A DNA stretch of 64,000 nucleotides from Auanema rhodensis (taxonomy: Eukaryota; Animalia; Nematoda): positions 14,260,001 to 14,324,000 of the forward strand of contig OZ059897.1 of the NCBI GenBank assembly GCA_964057225.1. The letters are read 5' to 3'. The notes below the pieces were generated by a model, which worked only from the letters and a program-made list of their open reading frames with translations, ran no database searches and had not been told where the DNA came from. Shown piece by piece: positions 52,291 through 64,000 of the stretch. Every line of letters begins with the position of its first letter. Position 1 is the first letter of the stretch. A program made the position numbers and the translations under genes.

Positions 52291-54678
52291 ATGAAATTAC
52301 CAAAACGATCAAACTTGTATTTATATGCAGCTTATACATCAACATGTTTGGTAAGTTCACCCTTATCATAACTATTCTAGTTTTAAGTTAAGAATGAACA
52401 TCATTTCTCTAATCATTCTCAAGTTTAGAGAATTAGTCTTGAGTAGTAAATTCAAATAAACTGAAAATATTAAAATACTTTAACAATATATTAAGAAATA
52501 AATATATATTAATCAAATGAATGTTATATTTATATAATTTATAATTATATAGGAAGATCGAGCTTGGTCATTTTGTGTTTCACTATGTATGACATTACTA
52601 GGAGGAATGCAACTTGTTTCAATTGAACAGTTAGCAGAAGGTTTAACACAAATACTTCTTAGTGGTCATTTAGGAAAATTATTTGATGAATGTTCTCGAA
52701 AATCAGGTAATTAGCTTTTTTTTTCTTGAAAACTGAAAATATTTATTTAGCTATTAGAGCTGTAATACCATTAAATAATCTTAGTCTTTTTGCTGCTGCT
52801 GGATGTTTTATAGGTGAGTAGAAGCTTTGAACTCATCTAGTAAAACAAGTTTTGACAAAAAAAAAACAATAATTCAGGTTGTTTATCAGTACCAAATAGT
52901 TCAAATGCTTTTCCTATTTTACTAATTTTTGGAATGATATTATGTTCCGTGAATCGTTTATTCTTGAATGCTGAAAAATTTATAATTGGGCGAGATTGGG
53001 TAGTTGTAATCAGCAATCAAAATTTATCAGGTATATTCTTTTATAAAATTAAGAAAAAAATCTTGTTCAAAAAGTATAATCATAGATTTGAATGCAATTT
53101 TAACAATTCTTGACCAACTAGCAAATGTGATATCTCCTATAATTACAGGAGTAAGTTCGAATTGCTGCCCTAATATTTGATTTAACTTTAAAAAATGATT
53201 TGAAATATTCAAAAGAAAATAAAGTTTATGTTAAACTAAAATTAAAGTTTTCATGTTCTTAAATAAAAAATTAGCTTTTAGGGACTAGTAAGTTTGTTAG
53301 GCTTGAGAACTACTTGTGCGATATTTGGAATTGGAAGTTTAGTATCAATGCTTTCAAAAGTTTTATTTCTTCGAGCATTATATAGACGGGAAGAAGGATT
53401 ACATACAAAAGAAAAATTAGAAGAAAAAAAACAATTAATTGGTATAATAATTATATAATTTATAATAAATAAATATAATAATTTATAGATGATACATCAT
53501 GTAGTAAAGTTATGCATGGTATCCGATCTATACCTGATGTTATAACTATTTATTATGAACAAACTATTTTTGCTGCAGCATTAGGCATGGCTTTACTGTT
53601 CATGACTGTTCTAGGATTTGATGGAGTATGATGACATTACTTTTTCTTTTTTAATATTTGTTTGTTTGATTTTAATAGAAATTTCCAGTTAGCTGTTGGT
53701 TATGGTCAATCTATTGGATTGCCTGAAGCATTATTAGGAGGATTTCGGTTAGATTAAAACAAGTTTTCTTTCATAAAATATCTATATATTACAGATCTTT
53801 TGGATCTTTCATGGGAATTGCTGGTGCATTCTCGTATGCATTCTTTGAAAAACGTTTGGGAGTTCGACGTACAGGCTTATTAGGTCTCATGGTTAGAAAG
53901 ACATTTGTCTGAACTATATGTAATTATTGTATTTAAGAGTCAACAAGCGTTTATACTGTTAGCTACTATTTCAATTTGGTTACCTGGTTCCCCAATGGAT
54001 TTACATGGTTATTTTAGCACAACTTCAATACATGTATTGTCTTTCATTTTACTAAAATATAATTTATAAATTAAGACATGGTGGGAAGATTTAAAAAAAT
54101 CTTTTCAAGGAGAAGGTAAAATCATAGATACTTCATCAAAAATTGATTGGAAACATTTTACTGCCAATGGAAATAGTATGGCAAGTATCTTTGTATTTCT
54201 GATTGGAATATCTGTGGCTAGATACGGTAGAAAAATCTTTTTTTTCTCTTCATCAACTTTCATATCAACGATCTAGGGTTGTGGATGGCTGATCTAAGTA
54301 TCATGCATCTTATACAAGTAGCTGTACGAGAAAGCCAAAGAAATACAGTTTTTGGTGTTCACAATGCTCTTTGCCAAGCATTTTCAGTCTTAAAGGTTTT
54401 TGATAATTGCGGAATAAAGCTGAAAAAGATTTTTTTACTTTTAGGATTTACTTGTTATAGCTTTGCCTGATTCAAGAACATTTGCACTTTGTATTATAAT
54501 TTCATATATTTTTGTTACTACAGGTCATTTATGTTATATATATTATTTAGTTAAGGTAATATTCTTTTTATATACAATATCTCAAAATATTTTTTAATTT
54601 CAGTATCCGGAAGTGAAATCTGCGAAAAGTACTGCATCTCAAAGCGAAATTGATGAAAAAATTATTATACGAATGTAA
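52291..54678 (+). CDS. fpn-1: Ferroportin (SLC40A1) iron exporter, multi-exon
   Basis: Motifs LYAAYTSTCLEDRAWSF, IGRDWVVVI, LNAILTILDQLANVISPIITG, GMALLFMTVLGFDG, WLPGSPMD and ARYGLWMADLSIMHLIQVAVRESQRNTVFGVHNAL. Paralog number not determined. Confidence 0.92.
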
Positions 54679-55664
54679 TATGTGATTATTTCTAAAAAAA
54701 AATTAAATTTGTTTTGAATTCTTTTTCTCTCATTTTCCCTTCATAGAATCTCGTGAAGAATAAAAAGAAGTGGTATGTTTTGTTGACACGCTCCGAAAAT
54801 AATGGGAGGAGAGTGAGGTAGAGAAGGAAGGACTGCGGGAAGATGAACAAACGTGATGCTAGACAGTTCACTGTCCAACTTCTGACTGTCAAATAGCACG
54901 AAAGCAATCAATAATCTTCTTTTATACATCTAGTCATCTGATCTTTGAAAATCTTCTACTATTTGCTCACAATCCTGGAGGAAGAGCAGGAGATTGAAAA
55001 GGAAGCAAAGCATTATGAACTCTAATCTTCTAGAGAAAGAGCAACTAATTTTTATCTTTTCTTTTTCAATTTGTATTAGAATAACCATTGTGTTCATCAT
55101 TTTGCACATGAATGCATTTTTCTAAAAAAAAAAACTTCACTCATCATCATCTTTTCATAATTTTTCGTTTCTGAAAGAATCATTGAATTTATACATTATT
55201 TTCCCTAATTAACTTTATTTATATCATCTTATTCAAATAATATTTAATCATTTACTTATATGTAAATTTAACGGAAAGCTATTCAATTCATTGAATAAAT
55301 GAACATTTCAAAGTTCAAACTATTCATTATCATATATCTTCTTCTTCTAATTCAAACTAACTCTTATATCTTGTAAGTTTCTTTTGAATACTTTGAAATG
55401 TATCGAAGAAAAACTGTCTATCATGAATTATTCTGATGACGTGATGAAATGTAATCTATTCTCTCAAATATCTTAGATGATTTCCGTTTCGTCTTATTAC
55501 GGTTAGAATACTTCCGTTAGTATACACAGTCAATGTGACATTTTGAATAATAAGATAAGCATTTACTTACTCACCTCTTTAATGTCTATTCTCGATTTCA
55601 AGCTTCATCTTCCAGCTTTACCATATTTACTTCTCATCTTCTCATTCTCTCTCTTTATCCCTCT

Positions 55665-55694
55665 CTTCTTCTTCTTCTTCTTCTTCTTCTTCTT
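55665..55694. repeat. (CTT)n microsatellite
   Basis: About 10 CTT units in a pyrimidine tract. Confidence 0.9.
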
Positions 55695-56496
55695 TTTTCT
55701 CTCTCATATTCTCTTTTAGTATATCTTTTCTCTTCTCCACCTCGTCACATTCTCTCTCCTGCATTTATGTTCTTTTTTCTCCGCCCTCTTTTAGCTTCAA
55801 GGCCTTGTTGGGCTTCAATCGATGAAATCCTTTCTAGGCCTCTTGTTTGGTGCTCCATAAAGTCACTTGTATGTTTCTTCCTGGTTTGAAATAAATACTA
55901 TTTCGATACTGATTGAAAATATGAGATTATTTAGTAGGATCACCACCTATGAATTGCTATTCTGACATCAATTTAAGATTAATCATTGACTTGTCTATTA
56001 TTTGTTCTCTTTGGTGTTTCATTCGAACTTAATAATCGGAAATAATCAAAATAAATTATATTACTTACTTTATTTTATAATTTAAACTTTATTTTAAATT
56101 TTAAATTATATGAAATTTTTTTTGAAATTTAGTTTTTTAAAGTCCTTTTCGTTTTAACAAAACTTAAAACAATTTCTTCGATTACCATTCTCTCATTGCA
56201 AATCTCTTCAATTATTTTCTTCGTCATTGTGTCCATTTTCATTAGTCACATGGTGTGCTTTTAATTTTAAATGTTATAATGGAATTTGTTCAGTTTTTCG
56301 GTTTAACCTATATTTAATTTATTTTATTGTTGCTTAACGAGATGATTTTTGTTTTTCTAGTACAAAAGTTTAATCTAACTGAAAATTGTCTCTCGTTTTT
56401 ACTTCTTTCTCAAATTCAAAATTAATTATTTCTTAAATTTTTTCCTAAAATGAAAAAAATTAATAGGGATTCATTTCAGACTTCGATGAGCAAACA

Positions 56497-59488
56497 ATGA
56501 ATCTCGGTCTATTACGTGAACGAGCGTTTCGTTTGAAAAATTTGCCTTCAGGCAATTTAGACACACAGCTTCGTAGATGTCTAACAACGTTTGATATTAC
56601 CCTGTTAGGGATTGGCCATATGATAGGAGCCGGAATATATGTGCTCACAGGTAATTGTATTTTTTGCTGAAAAACACTGTATTGGATTTGAAAAAAGCTT
56701 TGTCAAAATATGCTTTGTCAAAATTTGTTTTTTTAAATTTTGAGAAAAATAATTTAAAAAATGAAAAACGGTTTTAAACTGAAATATGCTGATTGCTTGC
56801 AAAATATCTAAAATATATCTATGTATATGTATATATAACTTTAATAGTATTCAGATAAAAATTTAAAACATTTTTCAAATTTATTATGAAACTTTATGTT
56901 TGTTTTCAACAGCCTTAGATGTAAAGTTTGTATTCTAGTATAGAAATAGTTTATAATTTTTTTATTTTCATTAAAAAATGTCTTTTATTCAGGTAGTGTC
57001 GTCAGATATCTTGCTGGCCCATCTGTGATAATTTCATTTTTAATAGCTGGTATAGCTTCTTTATTATCAGCCCTCTGTTATGCTGAATTCGGAGCCAGGT
57101 TAGTTGATATTTTTATTTCAATTTACAATTTTTATTTTCAGATTTCCTAAAGCAGGAAGTGCCTATACCTACGCTTATGTTGGCGTTGGTGAACTATGGG
57201 CGTTTATCATTGGTTGGAATATCATTCTGGAGCATATGGTTGGAGCAGCAGGTATTGTTCTTCTTTCTAAAGCATTTAATTCATATTGCCTTCAGCTGTT
57301 GCTCGATCTTGGTCAGGATACCTGGATTCTCTTTTAGGAAATGCAATTCGTAATTCCACCATATCAGAAGTTGGTCATTTGTCTGTAAGTTATACAAGTT
57401 ATAATAATATTAAAAACTTTGCAAATCTCTAAGACATTGCTTTATATTATAATTTTATATATTACCGATATTTCATTTTTTTTTTGAAAAAATATATTGA
57501 TAATCTCATTTTCTTCTTCTGTTGTTCAATTAACAAATTTGCAGAACAGTTCCCTTCTGGCTGATTATCCCGATTTCACAGCTTTTCTTTTGGTCATTGT
57601 TGTGGCAATTTTCGTTGGTATATTATAATAAAATATAATAATTTTATTAACAATTTGTATAATTCTAGGATTGGGCTCGAAGGTTTCAACCAATTTCAAT
57701 TCCACATTCACAATTATTAACATGGCTGTAATTTGAAAACATATTATATCTATGCAAATAATGATTTTAGGTAATTTGTGTTGTAATTGGGTACGGTATT
57801 ACATATGCTGATTTCTCTCTTTGGTCGGGAACAAATGAAGAAGGACGATCCAAGTAAGCTTCTATTAGCTTTACTAGTCGTTTTCATTCACGTATATTGC
57901 AGCTTTTTCCCTTATGGAGTTAATGGTACGATGGCAGGAGCTGCATCTTGCTTTTTTGCTTATATTGGCTTCGATGGCTTAGCAACAGCAGGAGAAGAAG
58001 CGAAAGGTAATGAAATAACAGAAAAACAATATTTATGCAAGAAACATCTTTCAGATCCTGCTCGTTCTATTCCTATTGCTACATTTACTTCAATGTCCGT
58101 TGTAACCCTGGCTTATATTTTAATGGCTGCATCTTTGACATTGATGATACCGTATTATGATGTAAGAATTACTAGTAATTTTGAAAAAGGATTTCTAAAA
58201 CTGGTGATGAGAACTTTGAAGTGAATATCACATGAACTTGGAATGTATCATGAGGCTTAAGTAAAAGTTTAATGTTCATTCTGCAAAAAACGATTGTTTT
58301 TGCATATTATCTTGATTATGTTTTCAGGTACATCCAACAGCAGCATTCTCGGATGCTTTTGCCATGAAGGGTGCTGTGGTTGCAAGATATGCTGTATCTA
58401 TTGGAGCGTTATGTGGGATGATGACAAGCCTGGTTATTAATATATTTTTTAATATTCAACTCATTTTCTATTCATTTGAAGGTTGGAGGGATGTTTGCCT
58501 TGCCTCGTTGTGTATTTGCAATGGCTGAAGATGGCCTTATTTTCAAAGATTTAGCAACTATTAATAGCAAAACGCAGGTGAAAAATATAAATTTCAAATA
58601 TATTCTAAATAATTATTCTCAAAATATTTAGGTACCAATCAATGCTATTATAATCTTTGGATCGATGACCGCTGTTATTGCTCTACTCTTCGACATCACG
58701 ACTCTAGTAGAGTTTTTGTCTATTGGAACTCTATTAGCTTACACAATAGTTTCTGCATGTGTTATAACTCTTCGATATCAACCAACCCGCTATCCAGAGG
58801 ATGACTCTTTCGATAATGGTTTGTGTCATGATATGAGACTAAGTCTGAAAAGGAAAACAAATTTCCAGGTGGACGTCTTCGTTTTGCTTTACCCGGTTTA
58901 TCTTTCTTGGATCGAATGCCTGCTGGACATTCTATTTATTATTCTCTTAGTGTCATGACATTTGGCTTTTCATGGCTGGCTACTAGTCTACCAACAAGTA
59001 AGATTCTTTAATTTCTCATCGGCATATAAGAATTTAATATTTATTTAAGTGGATGGATTCCATAACTTCACTCACGTTCTTGACTTCTGTCTCGGATTTA
59101 TATTATCAGTTGTACCGCTTATTTTTATATCTCTTCATCATCAAAATTCTGCAAGCTTATCATTCAAAGTACGCATATTATGTGTTATTCAACTTTTATT
59201 TTGTTTTTAGGTTCCATTAGTCCCTCTTCTCCCTGCTTTCAGTATGTTCCTTAATATAGCCATGATGGTTCATTTATCATTTTTGACGTGGGTACGATTG
59301 GTCATCTGGCTTACAATTGGTATGTTATATTGAGAAAACAAACTTCTTATCAGTTTTCTATAGGATTCATAATATATTTTGCATATGGAATGCATAACAG
59401 CAAAGAAGAGCCACACCGATCTGATACAATCACAAAATCTAGCACATATGATTCAGTAGTGACAGCTAGCACATTGCCAGATGAGTGA
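56497..59488 (+). CDS. Cationic amino acid transporter (SLC7A1-4/14-like, APC family)
   Basis: Motifs [124 protein letters not shown] and YFAYGMHNS. Confidence 0.94.
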
Positions 59489-60073
59489 GTGAGAATTAAT
59501 GTATAAATATCTTTGTAGAAAACGTTTAATTGCTTTAAGTATTGAGAAACCTGTATAAATAAATTATTTCTATGCTTAAAACTGGAAAATAAGTATAAAA
59601 GAAATCTATAGAAAATGAAAATAAAAAACAATTGAAGAGAACAAGAAAGAAAGAGACACATTGGAAACTAAATAACAAAAATCTATGAATAAACTAACTA
59701 TTACATCCAATACAATAGTTTAAATATTTTTCATGAATGTATGTACACAATTCGATACAATGAGAATCGGTACAGAAGGATCACTTAATAATAACTTTTT
59801 AAGCTTTTGATTTTTTTTATGTAAGCTTAGGATTATTTGAAATATTTCTCTAAATCATAAAAAATTTGTTTAATTTGAACTTTTTGTCGCATCGTCGTCC
59901 TTATTTATACCAGCAAATTCTTCTTCGAACACGTGAACTTTCACGTTACACACTCTTTTCCAGCAACTTAGTTATTCATATAATATTTTAGCTTGGAAAA
60001 TAGAAATAAAATATTTTGAAAGTTTATTAATATCAAAATGAGAAGAGGGTGATAAAATTATGAATTACAATCA

Positions 60074-63000
60074 CTAGTCAGAGTCTGATGAATCAGAAGA
60101 ATCAGAATCTGAATCTGAGGAATCCGATGAATCTGAACTGGAGGAGTCGGAAGTATCAGAATCTGATGAGTCTGAATCGGAAGAATCAGATGAATCTGAA
60201 TCTGAAGAATCTGATGAAGAGTTTTCTCCTTCTTTTTCCTTCTTGGCTTTCATACCCTTCTCTAAGAATTTACGTAGGTCTAGTCTGTAAAATACAAAAG
60301 AATTATACATAATTTAATTAAAAAATTACGTTAAGGCTCCAAGACCAATAAGCGAAAAGAAGTTAATTGCAAATCGAGTGTGCTGTGGATTATCACGAGG
60401 AAACAATCCAGCAAAGGCTGTTTGTAAAGTTCTGGAAAAATGAGGATGTTAAGCAATTGAAAAAACAACTTACGGATCGTTTAATCGTGAATATAGTTTA
60501 ACAATACCCATATGCTCAACAAGTTCTTGGAAAATGTATTTTACATAAATACGACCAGAAGACGTTGTGTCTTCCTCAGTCATTTTAATATCAGAAAACA
60601 CCTATTAGAAAAACGTATTGAAGATATTGAAAAATAAATATATACCATCCAACTGACAGCGTCCGTATATAACAGGTGAGAAATCAATTTTGAAATATTT
60701 CTTAATTTTGTAATCTCAAAGCGATGCACAGTAGCATAAGTATCTCTAGTAATCTGCTCGAATGCGTTCTGAAGAACATATTACCGATAATATAAATCAA
60801 TTCAAATTTAAATATACTTGGTATTCAGCCTTCAATCGACAGAAACGTTCGCATAATAAACCGTAAAAGCGATTGTAAGTTCGTTCTTGGGTACAACAAT
60901 CTACTAACATATGGCATAATTCGGCCTAAAAAGTTCATGGAGTGAAACAAAATGTCTATTTGAAAATTACCTCCATATCTTCTGATATTCCTATTTTCAA
61001 AATTTTGTGACAAGCTTCTTGATAATCTAGTGAAGATTGAATAGTTAAATATATCTTTCGACGGAATGCAGCCAAATTAAGCTCAGTTTTATCAATGATT
61101 TCAGTGGTTGCTTGATCATCTCCTGAAAAAAAACAACTGTAATACAGTAAATTGTAAGCTAGGTACCTGCTCCATCGTTTCCGTCTCCACCTTCATCATC
61201 ATCATCCTCATCGTCTTCATCAGAATCTTCTGCATCTCCGATAACATTTTTCCGGATTTCATCATACTCAGCTTCATTTTTTTCGAATTCGGGATCAAAT
61301 TTAAAAACATCTAAAGAAACGATTGACTTGGAATCATAAAACTTAACAGACTTAACAGATTTTCAGCATCCATAGTGTCATCAATACTCTTGACGTGCCC
61401 AATTTGATCTTTTTCATCGATTAGATCAAGCTCATCAATAACAGCAGGATATGCCTGAAAATTAAAAAAAGAAAGTAAAAGAATGAAAAAAAGGAAAAGA
61501 AAGAAAAAATAACATAAATGCAGAAAGAAACTAACAACAAAGTTCTCTTTACGGATAGCCATAACAGCATGTATCATGTATTCAACGCGTTTATCTAGTC
61601 CAGAACCTTCTTTAGAAACATCTTGTAAAATGGCTCTTAAACGATCAAACACTACATTAAGAGCTTTTTTGCAGACCTAGAATACAAAATATACTTTTAA
61701 AGCTACAAGATGTTTACTTGAAGTAATCGTGCTCCGCATTCCTTCAAAAGCGCAATGGCAACTTCTACAGAGTCGTCAGTTGGATTGTGAAGCATAAGGA
61801 AAATAATTTCCAAAGCAACAACTTCATTCAACACATTCTGATTAATAAGATGAGCTATAAACTTAGTAATAATAACAGCTGTTCCTGAAAGAAAAATTAT
61901 ATGTCCATTTATGATTTGAAAGTTAATCAAACCTTTATCGTTTCTAACAAAACTTCTTTTGAATTGAATAATCAATCTTCTAACAAGCAAATCACCAATA
62001 TTGGGAAATTTACTGTTTATAACAGCAACAAGTGCAGCATATATATTTGAAAATACAGGCGAAAATGCTTGAGCTTGCATGATCGATCGGACAATTAACC
62101 CCCTATTAAATGCTTATATCAAAAATTAAACATAAACATTACTTACTGTCCACGGAAAACATTTTCCTGTAATAGTTCTCGGACAACAGGTACCAAGTTT
62201 GAAGTGTTGACCTAAATATACATTGTAATCTATTTACAAAAAACCCAAAATACTTTATTAATCAAACCATGAATTTTTTTCTTTAATCTTTCCCAGTTCA
62301 TTCTCTGATACTCTTCGCCTCCCTTTAATTAATAATGTTATTATTTTTTAGGATTAAAACTTAACCTTATCAGCTATTTTCTCTTGCATCATCTTTAATT
62401 TTGCCGGAGGAATATAAGCACCACCTGCTCTTGTTCGCAAATCCATTACAGGCTCTTTCTTAGGAACAGCTTCTATAAAAATGTTGAATAAGAAAGTTCA
62501 GCATAACACCAATATGTTTTTTAAAGGAAAAAGATCATACCTTCCTTGACTTCATTTACTTTTTCAATCGTCTCACTTCGCTCATCGTATTTATCGTGCT
62601 TGTCTTTTTTTTCACGTCTTTCATTTCTGGGACTTCGGTCATGACGATCTTTTCTGTCGTGTCGATCTCTTCGGTCGTCACGAGGACTTCTATCACGTCG
62701 GTCTCTGCGGTCATCCCGAGGACTTCTATCACGTCGGTCTCTTCGGTCATCCCGAGGGCTTCTATCACGTCGGTCTCTTCGGTCATCCCTTGGACTTCTA
62801 TCACTTCGGTCCCTACGGTCATCCCTTGGACTTCTATCACGTCGGTCTCTTCGGTCATCCCTTGGACTTCTATCACGTCGGTCTCTTCGGTCATCCCTTG
62901 GACTTCTATCACGTCGGTCTCTTCGGTCATCCCTTGGACTTCTGTCACGTCGCTCCTTTCGATCATCATGAGGACTCCTGTCATGACGATCTCTTTTTTT

Positions 63001-63818
63001 ACGAGGGCTACCATCGTGATCATCGTTCAGATCTTCCCGAGGACTTCTGTCATTTTGGTCCTTTTCACCGTCCTGAAGACTTTTATCGACACGGTCCCTT
63101 CGTTCTTCTTGGGGACTGTTGCTTCTATCTCGAGGACTTTTGTCTCTGGAACTTTTTTCCTTGTTGGGACTGTCGTCTCTGGGACTTCTTTCCTTGTTGG
63201 GACTGTCGTCTCTGGGACTTCTTTCCTTGCTGGGACTTTCGTCTCTGGGACTTCTTTCCTTGCTAGGACTTTTGTCTCTAGACCTCCTTTCCTTGCTGGA
63301 ACTTCTGTCTCTTGAACTTCTATCCTTTCTGGGACTTTTGTCACTGGAGCTCCTTTCTTTTCTAGGACTTTTGTCTGCGGAGCTTCTATCCTTTCGAGGA
63401 CTTTTGTCTGCGGAGCTTCTATCCTTGCGCGGACTTCTGTCACTGGAGCTTCTATCCCTTCTGGGACTTCGGTCCTTAGGACTCAAATCGCGTCGGCCAC
63501 TTCGCTCGTTTCTATCAGCTCTTTCATGTCTTTCTTCCCGATCAGACTTTTCTCTTTTTTCACTCTTTGCTGACTTTCTTCTTGGAGATCTGCTGCTTTT
63601 CCCTAAATACTATAATATACACATATCGGTAAACTAAAAACTTACTTTCTTTATGCCTTCTTTCGCGGTCTCGTGAACGTGATCGAGATCTAGATCTTTT
63701 GCCTAAAAATATTTTTTTTAAATATAGGATCATTTAATAGAATATTTTAAACATTTAAATAAAAAAATCTCATACTTCTTTTAGATTTTCTTGGAGATCG
63801 TGATTTACTTCGAGACAT
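60074..63818 (-). CDS. let-858: Pre-mRNA splicing factor CWC22/nucampholin (MIF4G + MA3 domains)
   Basis: RS-rich N-terminus, then [79 protein letters not shown] and [24 protein letters not shown]. Poly-SD tail ends at TAG. Confidence 0.95.
62662..62950 (-). repeat. Coding tandem repeat, 36-bp unit x ~8 ([12 protein letters not shown]) in CWC22 N-terminus
   Basis: Unit ggacttctatcacgtcggtctcttcggtcatccctt on the + strand repeats nearly perfectly. Confidence 0.92.
63130..63480 (-). repeat. Degenerate 33-bp coding repeat ([11 protein letters not shown] / [11 protein letters not shown]) in CWC22 N-terminus
   Basis: 11-aa periodicity visible in ORF 62521-63486. Confidence 0.8.
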
Positions 63819-64000
63819 TTAACCTTAAAATTAAAATAAATATTAAAATATTATTTTAAAAAAACTAAAAATAGATTAAAAATATCAAAAACGGCTAATA
63901 ACTATGAAGATATAAGATAATTTCAAACTTAGCGTTTCGTATTTTCCGCGGTTTTGCGTCTACATTTTACGTACAGACGTGAGAACAAAAATTCCTTGTA

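Noticed and set aside
38084-59488. Idea of a functional lipid/iron/transport gene cluster or operon
   Set aside because: Orientations are mixed and spacings exceed 1 kb for co-oriented genes. The functions are unrelated housekeeping types.
62556-63637. Long overlapping alternate-frame and antisense ORFs
   Set aside because: By-products of the stop-free tandem repeat in CWC22. It is also not a CRISPR array, since there are no unique spacers.

Overview
Very AT-rich eukaryotic DNA with many short (about 45-60 bp) GT-AG introns and TTTCAG-type acceptors. The proteins point to a rhabditid-like nematode. The ORF track shows only exon fragments, so I spliced the genes by hand. Twelve genes can be supported, in order: a small secreted protein with an allatostatin-C/somatostatin-like CFFSPLNC ring (+); a carotenoid oxygenase of BCO/RPE65 type (-); a secreted DB-module protein (+); a coiled-coil protein (-); a protein with an N-terminal Rap1/TEBP-like Myb domain (+); syd-1 (PDZ-C2-RhoGAP, +); an NRF-6/NDG-4-family acyltransferase (+); acyl-CoA thioesterase II (-); a matrix metalloproteinase (+); an Srh-like chemoreceptor (-); ferroportin (+); a cationic amino-acid transporter (+). 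A thirteenth, CWC22/let-858 with a tandem RD/RS repeat (-), ends the window. The clearest foreign element is an intronless, truncated adenain-type cysteine-protease fragment of Maverick/Polinton type at about 13.4-13.6 kb. A gene-poor 10.5 kb interval (27.5-38 kb) holds several GC-enriched islands and candidate miRNA-like hairpins. All family assignments come from recalled motifs, not database searches. Gene ends may be off where first exons are ambiguous.
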